From positions 1,560,001 to 1,592,000 of the forward strand of contig NC_013849.1 in the NCBI RefSeq assembly GCF_000025505.1: a DNA stretch of 32,000 nt. Reading direction: 5' to 3'. A program made the translations under genes and the position numbers. Source of the stretch: Ferroglobus placidus DSM 10642. GTDB taxonomy: Archaea; Halobacteriota; Archaeoglobi; Archaeoglobales; Archaeoglobaceae. Under the pieces are notes generated by a model that was not told the origin of the DNA, ran no database searches, and saw only the letters and a program-made list of their open reading frames with translations. Shown here piece by piece: positions 8,120 to 16,979 of this stretch; the first letter of the stretch is position 1; each line of letters starts with the position of its first letter.

Positions 8120-9538
8120 ATGTTCGAAGTTACCGACAAAGATGCTATGGGAAGAATCGGAAAGCTGAAAACACCTCACGGCGTCGTGGAAACTCCAGCA
8201 TTGATGCCAGTGATAAACCCTAACATCGACTTCATCTCTCCTAAAGAGTTGAAAAAAATTGGGGCTGAAATTTTAATAACTAACTCCTACATAATTTACA
8301 GAACCGAAAAATTGAGGGAAAAAGCTGAAAAAGACGGAGTTCACGCTCTTCTCGATACGGATTTGCCTGTGATGACAGACAGCGGTAGCTATCAGCTATT
8401 GATGTACGGTGAAATCGAAGTTAGCAACGAGGAGATCGTGAAGTTTCAGGAAAAAATTAAGAGCGACATCGTCGTGCCTTTGGACATTCCCACTCCGCCG
8501 GATGCGGATTACTCCACTGCTTTAAAAGATCTTGAGGAGACGATAAAGCGAGAGAAAGAAGCAGCGGAAATGTACTCCGGAGAGGGGCTTTTAGCCCTCC
8601 CCATCCAAGGCTCCACCCACTGGGATTTGAGGGAAAAATCTGCTGAGGAGGCTGCTAAGATAGGAGGAGACGTTTATCCGATAGGTGGCGTTGTTCCTCT
8701 AATGGACGCGTATCGATTCGAAGACGTTGCGAGGGCAGTTCTTTCAGCAAAAACCAAGCTCCCTCCAAACAAACCTGTGCACTTGTTCGGAGCTGGACAT
8801 CCCATGGTTTTCGCGTTGTTCGTCGCTTTGGGCTGCGATCTTTTCGACTCTGCTGCTTACGCTTTATTCGCAAAAGATGACCGATATCTGACTCCTTACG
8901 GAACCGAAAAGCTATCCGAATTGAATTACTTCCCCTGTTCGTGCCCTATTTGCTTGGAATACACTCCGGAAGAGATGAGGAGGATGGAAAAGAGCGAGAG
9001 AGAGATTCTGCTCGGAAAGCACAACTTATACGTCAGTTTTGAGGAGATGAGGAGGGTGAAGCAGGCTATAAAGAACAACGAGCTTTTTGAGCTCGTTGAA
9101 AGAAGGATAAGGGCTCACCCTTACCTAATTCAAGCTTGGAGAGCTATAAAAGATTATTACGACCTTATGGAGAAGTACGACCCCTTCGCCAAGAAAGTTT
9201 TCTTTTACCTCGGAACTGAAAGCTGCTTGAGACCGGCTGTAAGAAGACATCAGGAGAGGGTTTTGAGGGTGAAGACAGATAAGAAGGAAATTGTTATCTC
9301 CTCGGATTACAGCGTAAAAGCCGACTTCTACTTAAAACCCCCCTTCGGAGTGGTTCCTGCTGAGCTCATGGAAAGCTATCCCGCCGGACACGCGGAAATT
9401 CCAGAAGACATCGATGAGGAAGCGTACAGGACGGCAGCAAAAGGCTTAAAGCTGTTCCTCGAAAAGCACAAGGATAAGAAGATCAGACTTGTTGTCGACG
9501 AGAAGTGGAGGAAGTTTTTGGATGACGTTCAGGCTTGA
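8120..9538 (+). CDS. tgtA: Archaeal tRNA-guanine(15) transglycosylase (ArcTGT), short form without a recognisable PUA domain
   Basis: 472 aa. The N-terminus GRIGKLKTPHGVVETPALMPVINP is typical. Also present are the catalytic-region MTDSGSYQ, GGVVPLM and LFGAGHP motifs and the zinc site CSCPIC. Confidence 0.9.
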   Translation: MFEVTDKDAMGRIGKLKTPHGVVETPALMPVINPNIDFISPKELKKIGAEILITNSYIIYRTEKLREKAEKDGVHALLDTDLPVMTDSGSYQLLMYGEIEVSNEEIVKFQEKIKSDIVVPLDIPTPPDADYSTALKDLEETIKREKEAAEMYSGEGLLALPIQGSTHWDLREKSAEEAAKIGGDVYPIGGVVPLMDAYRFEDVARAVLSAKTKLPPNKPVHLFGAGHPMVFALFVALGCDLFDSAAYALFAKDDRYLTPYGTEKLSELNYFPCSCPICLEYTPEEMRRMEKSEREILLGKHNLYVSFEEMRRVKQAIKNNELFELVERRIRAHPYLIQAWRAIKDYYDLMEKYDPFAKKVFFYLGTESCLRPAVRRHQERVLRVKTDKKEIVISSDYSVKADFYLKPPFGVVPAELMESYPAGHAEIPEDIDEEAYRTAAKGLKLFLEKHKDKKIRLVVDEKWRKFLDDVQA

Positions 9539-11093
9539 AAAAAGGGACGGATTCGCCAGAGCCGGAGAATATAAAGAAGTTAAAACTCCGGCTTTAATCG
9601 ATTTGAGGGAAGATACGAGCTTGGAAGTTGAAGTAAAAGCTCCTGAATTTCTCGAAAAAATCGATCGAGAGCTTTACGAAGCGTACAATTTTGAGGGGGA
9701 AATAAAGATTCTCGTTCTTGAAGGTTTGAGCGAAAGGGAAAAGGTAGAAAAGATAGTCTCCTTTAGGTCTTTCAATTTATCTCCTCTTTACCTCCCAGGA
9801 GTTGCAACTCCTCAAAACGCTTTAATCTACGTCTACCTCGGCGCAGACTTTCTCGACAATCTTTTAGCTTTGAGAATGGCTTACGACGGAGTATACTTCA
9901 CTCCGGAAAGAAACTTCAGGCTTGAGAGTTTGAAAAGTCTTCCTTGCAGCTGTAAATTCTGCGAAGAGGTTGGAAGCTTCAAAGAGCTCAACAAGTTCGA
10001 AAGGTACGAATTTCTGGCGAATCACAACACGGAAGTGTTGAAGAGAGAAATTGAACTTGCGAGAAACCTAATTTTCTCGGAGGAAATAAGGGATGTCGTT
10101 GAAGCGAGATCAAAAATCGTTCCAGAAGCCGAGGTACTTTTGAGATACGCCGACAGAAACTACGAGGCTTTTGAGAAATACACTCCGGTTTTCAGGAAAT
10201 CTAAGCTTTATCCTACGACGGACTCTTCCTACAGAAGGGTAGAAGTCGCGAGATACTTCGAGAGGATGAGAAAAGTTTACTCCCCCAAGTCAAAAATCGC
10301 TCTCCTCCTCCCCTGCAGTGCGAAAAAACCTTATTTGCTCTCCAAGTCCCACAGAATCATAAGAGATAAGCTCGGAAAGGCTTTGAAAGGTGTTAACGAG
10401 ATTATAATTTCATCCCCCTTTGTTGCTCCGAGGGAGCTCGAGCTGATATATCCGATCGTCGCTTACGACACGCCAACAACCGGAGACTGGAGCGACTTCG
10501 AGATAAATTTCGTCGCTGAAAAGCTCTCACCTCTTCTCGAAAAGTTTGAAAAAGTCTACGCCTACCTCCACGGAGGATACAGAAAAGTTGCTGAAAAAGC
10601 TCAGAAAATTTCTGGCGTCGAAATAGAGTTCGTTGACGACTTGAACGAACTTAAGAGGAAGCTCGAAAGCGAAGAAAAGACGGATTTCGATTTGTATTCG
10701 GAGATGCTCAGACACATGTCCCTCTATCAGTTCGGTGTAGGGTTCGAGGGCAAAGCGAGAGGAAAGTATCCGGAGCTCAGGTTTTTCGGAAAAGGCTTGG
10801 CTGGGAGAGTGGACACGAACTACGGAATGCTCGACATATACGAAGAGTTCGCACATCGGCTTTTTGAGAAAGGGGTTTACACGATTAAAATCGACGAATT
10901 CGACCCAAAAGGAACGATATTCGCTGCCGGAGTTTTAGAGGCTGACGAAAGAATTCGACCGAACGATGTTGCGGTTTTTTACAACAGCGAAGTTATCGGA
11001 GTTGCACAAGCTGTTATGAGCGGGAGGGAAATGGAAGTTAGCGAGCAGGGAGTTGCTGCTATCGTCAGAAGAAAGTTTCATCGAAAGAGTTGA
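9522..11093 (+). CDS. arcS: Archaeosine synthase alpha subunit (ArcS, TgtA2 paralog) with C-terminal PUA domain
   Basis: The start MTFRLEKRDGFARAG follows GGAGGAAG; the track's 9489 start reads through the tgtA 3' end. It has a TGT-like zinc motif (CSCKFC). The C-terminal PUA-like block is GTIFAAGVLEADERIRPNDVAVFYNSEVIGVAQAVMSGREM. It overlaps tgtA by 17 nt. Confidence 0.85.
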   Translation: MTFRLEKRDGFARAGEYKEVKTPALIDLREDTSLEVEVKAPEFLEKIDRELYEAYNFEGEIKILVLEGLSEREKVEKIVSFRSFNLSPLYLPGVATPQNALIYVYLGADFLDNLLALRMAYDGVYFTPERNFRLESLKSLPCSCKFCEEVGSFKELNKFERYEFLANHNTEVLKREIELARNLIFSEEIRDVVEARSKIVPEAEVLLRYADRNYEAFEKYTPVFRKSKLYPTTDSSYRRVEVARYFERMRKVYSPKSKIALLLPCSAKKPYLLSKSHRIIRDKLGKALKGVNEIIISSPFVAPRELELIYPIVAYDTPTTGDWSDFEINFVAEKLSPLLEKFEKVYAYLHGGYRKVAEKAQKISGVEIEFVDDLNELKRKLESEEKTDFDLYSEMLRHMSLYQFGVGFEGKARGKYPELRFFGKGLAGRVDTNYGMLDIYEEFAHRLFEKGVYTIKIDEFDPKGTIFAAGVLEADERIRPNDVAVFYNSEVIGVAQAVMSGREMEVSEQGVAAIVRRKFHRKS

Positions 11094-11178
11094 GCACCAA
11101 AATGCTGTGCTAAAGAACTTGTTCGTTAAATAGAAAGCTTAATATAATCTTCCGTCTTCCAAATTGAAGGGGATAGCC

Positions 11179-11766
11179 ATGAAAAAGTGGATAGCAGTTA
11201 CCTTAGTTATTCTCGCTGTTTTAGTTGCCGGCTGTGCAGAGGAGAAAGTGAAACCGACACCAACGCCAGAGGAAAAGAAGGAGACCCCTAAGGAGGAAAA
11301 AGCCACACCAGAAAAGAAGACTCCGACTCCAACTCCAGAAAAGAAAGAGACGCCAAAAGCGACGCCAACACCAAAACCTACTCCGAAGAAAGTTGAGGCT
11401 AAATCGCCGGTCGTCGAATGTACTGTATGTCACACGAAGTCTGTTGATTACAAACCTCACGTCAACGGAGGACAGCTCTGCGGTAACTGCCACGGCTGGG
11501 ATCCGCACAAGATTCACGTGGGACCGGGAACGATAAACCTTGACTGTAAGGTTTGCCACGGAACTCCTCCAAAGCTCGTCGTCCCCAAGCCGATTGAAGA
11601 GGGAAGAACTGTCTGTGAAAACTGCCACGCTTATCCAGACGCTGTAAAGCCGAGCTACGGCAACCTCGTTAACATCCACCTGCCGAGAGGAAAGTACTGT
11701 ACGGTGTGCCACGGAACAGATATTGCGGGAATCCACAAGGCTGCTGACAAGTTCGTAGAGCAGTGA
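11179..11766 (+). CDS. Lipoprotein pentaheme c-type cytochrome with a Pro/Thr/Lys/Glu-rich tether
   Basis: Signal peptide with a lipobox (MKKWIAVTLVILAVLVAGC). A low-complexity linker of about 55 aa follows (PTPTPEEKKETPKEEKATPEKKTPTPTPEKKETPKATPTPKPTPKK). Five CxxCH motifs (CTVCH, CGNCH, CKVCH, CENCH, CTVCH) lie in the last ~115 aa. I prefer ATG 11179 to the TTG at 11164. Confidence 0.85.
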   Translation: MKKWIAVTLVILAVLVAGCAEEKVKPTPTPEEKKETPKEEKATPEKKTPTPTPEKKETPKATPTPKPTPKKVEAKSPVVECTVCHTKSVDYKPHVNGGQLCGNCHGWDPHKIHVGPGTINLDCKVCHGTPPKLVVPKPIEEGRTVCENCHAYPDAVKPSYGNLVNIHLPRGKYCTVCHGTDIAGIHKAADKFVEQ

Positions 11767-11769
11767 AGT

Positions 11770-12315
11770 ATGAAAAAGCTCTTTATAGCAATTTTTTTAA
11801 CCTCCCTATTACTTCTTTGTGCTGGTGAGAAACCAGAGGAAAAAGTAACTCCAGAAAAGAAAGAGACACCAAAAGCGACGCCAAAGCCCGAAAAAACACC
11901 GACAGAAGCAACACCTCTCCCGAGATCCGAGTGCGAGAACTGCCACAACAATCCGAAGAGGCAATACGTTCCTCAAGCTTACGATGTAAAAGGGCATAAA
12001 AACGCCGATTACTGCATTTCCTGCCATTTAAAAGATTACTTGAACGAAAGCAAAGAATTTATGCTCGAAAAACTTCACGAGAAGCACGTAACTCAGGCTG
12101 ATTGTAAAGTTTGTCATGAAGAGATAGGCAAGAGCGAGTGGGAATGTTTGAACTGTCACGGAAGCGATCCTTTTAAGCCGGGAAAAAATCTCGTGGACAT
12201 TCATAGGGTGAGAAACGTTCTCTGCGAGGACTGCCACGGAACAGATTACTTGAGGATACACTTAGAGAAAAAAGTACTCCCCTACGAAATTCCTCCGATT
12301 CCACCTAAGAGCTAA
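11770..12315 (+). CDS. Lipoprotein pentaheme c-type cytochrome (paralog of the upstream gene)
   Basis: Signal peptide and lipobox (MKKLFIAIFLTSLLLLCAG). Linker EKPEEKVTPEKKETPKATPKPEKTPTEATP. Five CxxCH motifs (CENCH, CISCH, CKVCH, CLNCH, CEDCH) lie in ~127 aa. The C-terminal block NLVDIH...CEDCHGTD parallels NLVNIH...CTVCHGTD of the neighbour. Confidence 0.85.
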   Translation: MKKLFIAIFLTSLLLLCAGEKPEEKVTPEKKETPKATPKPEKTPTEATPLPRSECENCHNNPKRQYVPQAYDVKGHKNADYCISCHLKDYLNESKEFMLEKLHEKHVTQADCKVCHEEIGKSEWECLNCHGSDPFKPGKNLVDIHRVRNVLCEDCHGTDYLRIHLEKKVLPYEIPPIPPKS

Positions 12316-12337
12316 CTTTTAATTTTTTTGATCGAGG

Positions 12338-13615
12338 ATGTACTACGAAATAAGGGAGCTGAAAGCCAAGAGTTTTCAGGTAAGCCTCGAAAACGGGAAA
12401 GTCGAAAATGCCAAGTATTCGGAGTACAGCGGAAAGTCCTTCAGGGTTTTAAAAAACGGCTTTTGGGGATATTTCGTAGGAAATTTGAAGGATGAGGAGG
12501 GGTTAAAGAGGGCTGAAAAATTAGCTATTTTCGAGGCTGACTCGGAAGTCGACAGCACGCCCTTCGAAGGAAGCTTTATTTTCAAGCAAAAAAAGAAGCT
12601 TGAGGATGTAAGCGTCGAAGAAAAAGTTGAGTTTTTGAGGGAATTGGATAAAATTCTGAAAAGAGAAGGAATCGTAAGCAGGAAGCTCACGTACTTGGAA
12701 GTTTTTAGAAACGTCCGCATTAAGAACTCTTCTGGAGGGGAAGTGAGTTACGAGGTGCCGAGGTGCGGAGTTATAATTCAAGCTTACGCTAAGGGAGAAA
12801 CCCTCCAGTTCTACGGGGAGAGGTTGATGAGAGTCGGGGGCTTTGAGGTCGTCGAAAAAGCGTGTGAGGTTGCGGAAAAGGTAGCTGAGACAGTTCTAAA
12901 GCTAACGAAAGCTAAAACTCCTCCTTCCGGAAAGATGAAGGTCGTCATGGACCCGTCTTTAACGGGTGTTTTCGTTCACGAGGCTTTTGGGCACGCTGTA
13001 GAGGCTGACCATGTTTTACAGAACGCAAGCGTTCTTGCCGGGAAATTGGGGGAGAAGGTTGCTGACGAGAGCGTTACGATTTACGACGATCCCACTTTGG
13101 AGGAGTTCGGCTTTTTCCCCTTTGACGACGAGGGCTTTAAAGCTGAGAGGAAGACGATAGTCGAAGAAGGTGTGTTAAAGAGCTACTTGCATTCGAGGGA
13201 AACTGCGAAGAAGCTTGGTGGTAGAGCTGGAAACGGGAGAAGCGACGCTCTCGATTTTCCCATAGTCAGAATGAGCAACACCTTCCTCTCTCCTGGAGAG
13301 TATACTCTGGAAGAGCTTCTCGAGGAGGTTAAAGAGGGAGTCATCCTCTTCGGATCGAGAGGAGGAGAAACTAACCCAGCCACCGGCTACTTCCACTTCA
13401 ACACCAAGTACGGCTACATCGTGAGGAAAGGAGAGATTGAAGAAATGATAAGAGATGTCTCCCTCAGCGGAAACACCCTCGAAACTTTGAGGAGAGTTAA
13501 AGCCTCTAAAGATTTGGCTTTCGACCCGGGATTTTGCGGAAAAGCTGGGCAATTGGTTCCTGTGGCTGACGGAGGACCTTACACTCTTGTAGAAGCGTTC
13601 GTGGGAGGAGAGTAG
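12338..13615 (+). CDS. tldD: TldD-family metalloprotease
   Basis: 425 aa with the HEAFGHAVEAD (HExxxH-type) motif. The C-terminal PmbA_TldD fold signatures are present (GNGRS, RMSNT, GETNP). Confidence 0.85.
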   Translation: MYYEIRELKAKSFQVSLENGKVENAKYSEYSGKSFRVLKNGFWGYFVGNLKDEEGLKRAEKLAIFEADSEVDSTPFEGSFIFKQKKKLEDVSVEEKVEFLRELDKILKREGIVSRKLTYLEVFRNVRIKNSSGGEVSYEVPRCGVIIQAYAKGETLQFYGERLMRVGGFEVVEKACEVAEKVAETVLKLTKAKTPPSGKMKVVMDPSLTGVFVHEAFGHAVEADHVLQNASVLAGKLGEKVADESVTIYDDPTLEEFGFFPFDDEGFKAERKTIVEEGVLKSYLHSRETAKKLGGRAGNGRSDALDFPIVRMSNTFLSPGEYTLEELLEEVKEGVILFGSRGGETNPATGYFHFNTKYGYIVRKGEIEEMIRDVSLSGNTLETLRRVKASKDLAFDPGFCGKAGQLVPVADGGPYTLVEAFVGGE

Positions 13616-14818
13616 ATGTTCGATGCCTTCGACGCTTTCGAGGTTTACGAAGTAAAAAGCAAGTACTACTCGATTTCCATTGAGAAAAGCAGAATAAAGA
13701 ACGTTTCGGAAGAGATAGAGAATGGTTACGGAGTGAGAGTTATAAAAGATGGTAAACTCGCTTTTTCATCAGCAACGAACCTCGATAAATCTTTAGTTGA
13801 GAGGCTCGAAAAGCTCGTTAGAATATCCGAAGACGAACTTGACAGCTTTCCTTCTGTAGGAAAAAGGAGCGTTGGAGGTTTGTACGATAAGAGGCTTGAG
13901 GAAAACCCTCTGGAAGTTCTAAAGGAATCCTTCGAAACGATAGAGGCTGAGAGAAGCTGCGAAATAGCGAGCGGGATAATCGAGATAGAGGTTCTCGAGA
14001 GGAGAGTTCGGAACGATAGCGGAGAAGTTTCGGAAAAGGCTACGTTTTTCGCCGTTACGCTCGAAGCCGTCCACGAGAGAGGAAGCGCCTACGAATTTGA
14101 CGCAAGCAGAAGAGCTGATCTCGATCTTGAAAAATTAACGGAAAAAGTTTGCTCTCTGGCAGTAGACGACTCGAAAGCCAAGAAGGCTGAGAGAAAAGTT
14201 TGTGATGTGGCGTTATCTCCCTTAGCCTTTCATCAGCTACTCTACTTCTCCTTCTACCCATCCTTTAATGCAGAAAACGTCGTGAAAGGCAGAAGCGTTC
14301 TGACTGGAAGAAAGGGGGAAAGAATTATCGAAAAGATAACGATCTACGACGATCCAACGCTGGAAGGAAAGCTTTTTTCGTACTCCTTCGACGATGAGGG
14401 TGTTAAGGCTAAGAGAAAGACTCTCCTCGAAGATGGCATTCTCAAAGAATTTTTATGCGACTTCAAGCATTCGAAGATTCTCGGAGAAAAGGCTGGTAAC
14501 GCTTTCAGGGAAGACTTCGATTCTTTGCCGAAAATTCATCCCTCGAACGTCGTAGTTGATGTTGAAAAAGGTAGTTTTGAGGCGGACTTTTACGTTCACT
14601 CGTTCATAGGAGCTCACACGTCCAACCCTGTTAGCGGCGACTTTAGCTTGGAGTGCATGAACTCCTATCAGAATGGCGAGCCAGTTAGGGGGGCTATGCT
14701 TTACGGAAACGTTTTCGAACTCTTGAAGAAGGTTTCGTGCATGAGTAAAAACGTTAGGCAGGTTGAAAACACGATTTGTGGTGACGTGCTTTTTGAAAAT
14801 GTGGAGGTAAAAGCCTGA
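13616..14818 (+). CDS. pmbA: PmbA/TldE-family protein (non-catalytic partner of TldD)
   Basis: 400 aa. It is a paralog of the upstream gene (YDDPTLEG, FDDEGV, GNAFR, SGDFS) but lacks the HExxxH motif. Its ATG immediately follows the tldD stop. Confidence 0.8.
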   Translation: MFDAFDAFEVYEVKSKYYSISIEKSRIKNVSEEIENGYGVRVIKDGKLAFSSATNLDKSLVERLEKLVRISEDELDSFPSVGKRSVGGLYDKRLEENPLEVLKESFETIEAERSCEIASGIIEIEVLERRVRNDSGEVSEKATFFAVTLEAVHERGSAYEFDASRRADLDLEKLTEKVCSLAVDDSKAKKAERKVCDVALSPLAFHQLLYFSFYPSFNAENVVKGRSVLTGRKGERIIEKITIYDDPTLEGKLFSYSFDDEGVKAKRKTLLEDGILKEFLCDFKHSKILGEKAGNAFREDFDSLPKIHPSNVVVDVEKGSFEADFYVHSFIGAHTSNPVSGDFSLECMNSYQNGEPVRGAMLYGNVFELLKKVSCMSKNVRQVENTICGDVLFENVEVKA

Positions 14819-14840
14819 TCGAAAAGGATAAAACCTTTTC

Positions 14841-15857
14841 GTGGAATTTTTAAGTGTGGTAAGGGGGCTTGAGAGGTACGAGGCGATAAACAGGAATAAA
14901 GCCGTGGCTAAGTTTCAGCTCGCGAAAAGGCTTGAGGCTGAGAGAGGAGATTTCGAGACCCACGAGAAGTACAAGAAAGAGTTTCAAAAGTTTTTGGAGG
15001 AGGAAGGAGAAAACGTAAGAATTCTGGATAACGATCCTCCGGAGTACTCTTTTCTCGATTTAAAAATAGATCTGTTAATGGAAATGTTAAAGAGTTGCAA
15101 CTTCTGCGAGAGAAGGTGCGGAGTAAACAGATACGAGAAGCTCGGATACTGCAAAACCGGAGTCGAAAGCTACTACAGCAGTGAATTCCTCCACTTCGGA
15201 GAAGAGCCGGAGCTCGTACCTTCTCACACGATTTTCTTCAATCGATGCACTTTTTCTTGCGTTTTCTGCCAGAACTACGATATAGTTTACGACGACGACT
15301 ACAAAGTGGATCCAAAAGAATTGGCAGTTATGATCGACATAAGAAGAAGGCAGGGTAGCAGAAACGTTAATTTCGTCGGAGGGAATCCGGATCAGCACGC
15401 TCACACGATTCTCAAAATTCTGAGGGAGGTGAAGTCGAACATTCCCGTCGTTTGGAACTCGAACATGTACCACTCTTGGGAGCTGGGGAGGATAATTGAA
15501 GACGTCGTCGACGTGTGGCTCGGAGATTTTAAGTACGGAAATAACGAGTGCGCAAAGAAGTACTCCAACGTCAAAAATTACTGGGAAGTCGTGACGAGAA
15601 ATTTCTTAGAAGCTAAAAAGACTGGAGAACTCCTGATAAGGCATCTCGTTATGCCGAACCACATAGAGTGCTGCACCGCTAAAATCGTAAAATGGGTTTC
15701 TGAAAATCTCGGGAGGGATGTTAGATTCAACCTGATGTTCCAGTACTATCCGACTTTCAGAGCTTACGAATTTGAGGAGATATCAAGAAGGCTCAGCTGG
15801 GAGGAGATGAGGAGAGCGAAAGAGTTGGCTGAGAAATACTTAGATAACCTCGTCTAA
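14841..15857 (+). CDS. Radical SAM protein (PflX-like, activase-related)
   Basis: 338 aa, GTG start. The canonical CxxxCxxC cluster CTFSCVFC is present. An upstream Cys-rich motif CNFCERRCGVNR suggests an auxiliary cluster. The family assignment beyond radical SAM is by resemblance only. Confidence 0.75.
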   Translation: MEFLSVVRGLERYEAINRNKAVAKFQLAKRLEAERGDFETHEKYKKEFQKFLEEEGENVRILDNDPPEYSFLDLKIDLLMEMLKSCNFCERRCGVNRYEKLGYCKTGVESYYSSEFLHFGEEPELVPSHTIFFNRCTFSCVFCQNYDIVYDDDYKVDPKELAVMIDIRRRQGSRNVNFVGGNPDQHAHTILKILREVKSNIPVVWNSNMYHSWELGRIIEDVVDVWLGDFKYGNNECAKKYSNVKNYWEVVTRNFLEAKKTGELLIRHLVMPNHIECCTAKIVKWVSENLGRDVRFNLMFQYYPTFRAYEFEEISRRLSWEEMRRAKELAEKYLDNLV

Positions 15858-16979
15858 CTCAACACCTCTTTTGTAGATTAGAGCTGCGAAAATCGTTAAT
15901 ATAGCTGCTACTTCGAAAATCAGCCTTACTCCAAAAACTCCTCCGCCCGCTAAATCGTAAATGATTCCAGAAATTACTGGTCCAATAGCTCTTCCGATAC
16001 TTTTCGAAGCCGACAGAACACCCATGTAGCTTCCTTCTAAGGATAGTTTTACCCCCTCATGAGCCACAAGAGAGCTTACAGCGGGAAGAGTTATCGCTGT
16101 TGAAACACCAAGAAGAATTGAGAGAAAAAGAACTTCGAAGTAATTTTCCACTCTAACTATCAAAAACAGCGAAACGGCTCCGATAAAACTTCCAAACCAC
16201 ACGGGCTTAACGAATCCGTATTTATCAGTTAAAATCCCGGATCTCATCTGAATCAGAGAAGAGGAAATTAAATTCGCGAAGAGCACCGCCCCTATCTGCG
16301 TCAAGCTCATTCCTATCGCCGAAAGATAAATTGGCAAGAAGCTCATAACGCTTCCTCTTCCCATCGAACTCAAAATTCGGTAAATTACCGCGGTGAACAC
16401 GCTTTTTGTGATCCTAATTCTCTTCTTTTCTCTTCTTTTCACAACGTTGCCTTCGGGAAATTTCAGCAGAGCTATCAAAAAGCTGAGAGCTGAGAATGCG
16501 CTCATCGCAAAGAAAGCAGATGAATATCCGAATTTGTCCGCAAAGACTCCTCCAATTAGCGGACCGAAAGCCATTCCAAGGAAAATCGAAGAATTCACGA
16601 TTCCCAAATTTTTCCCCAACTCGTTTTTATTCGAGATCGTAGCAACCTGAGCCATGGCAATAGGAATTACCATTGCTGAAGACGTTCCGTGAAGTATTCT
16701 CACTAAAAGCAGCTCCTCTTTGGTTTGAGAAAAAGCGTAAAGGATTGCGATGATCGTGTAGAGAATCAGTCCGGTGGAGAATATCTTCTTCCTGCTGAAT
16801 TTATCCGCTAAGTATCCAAAAAGCGGGAGCGAAAGAACTCGGGAAATCGAGAAGGACGCGAAGATTAATCCGATCCAAACTCCGGTCGCTTGAAGGTTTT
16901 CAGCTATAACGGGGAGGAGCGGAGAGATTATCCCCACTCCGAGCATTACCGAAAAGAGGGAGAGAAGAATGGAGATCAT
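15840..16979 (-). CDS. Major facilitator superfamily transporter
   Basis: 379 aa with roughly 11-12 hydrophobic helices. An MFS-like loop motif GYLADKFSRKK lies between TM2 and TM3. The ATGA overlap with the pth2 stop suggests translational coupling. The 3' end converges on and overlaps the radical SAM gene by 18 nt. Confidence 0.8.
   Translation of the reverse strand: MISILLSLFSVMLGVGIISPLLPVIAENLQATGVWIGLIFASFSISRVLSLPLFGYLADKFSRKKIFSTGLILYTIIAILYAFSQTKEELLLVRILHGTSSAMVIPIAMAQVATISNKNELGKNLGIVNSSIFLGMAFGPLIGGVFADKFGYSSAFFAMSAFSALSFLIALLKFPEGNVVKRREKKRIRITKSVFTAVIYRILSSMGRGSVMSFLPIYLSAIGMSLTQIGAVLFANLISSSLIQMRSGILTDKYGFVKPVWFGSFIGAVSLFLIVRVENYFEVLFLSILLGVSTAITLPAVSSLVAHEGVKLSLEGSYMGVLSASKSIGRAIGPVISGIIYDLAGGGVFGVRLIFEVAAILTIFAALIYKRGVELDEVI

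Noticed and set aside
11221-11951. Minus-strand ORFs of 171 aa and 98 aa across the cytochrome genes.
   Set aside because: They are antisense shadows of the low-complexity linker and haem domains, with W/R/F/L-rich composition. The plus-strand frames carry signal peptides and ten CxxCH motifs.
12316-12333. A T-rich stretch (CTTTTAATTTTTTT) after the second cytochrome gene, considered as a terminator.
   Set aside because: It is plausible as an archaeal oligo-T terminator. However, it sits only 9 nt before the tldD start and could equally be promoter or AT-rich spacer. It is too ambiguous to report as a feature.
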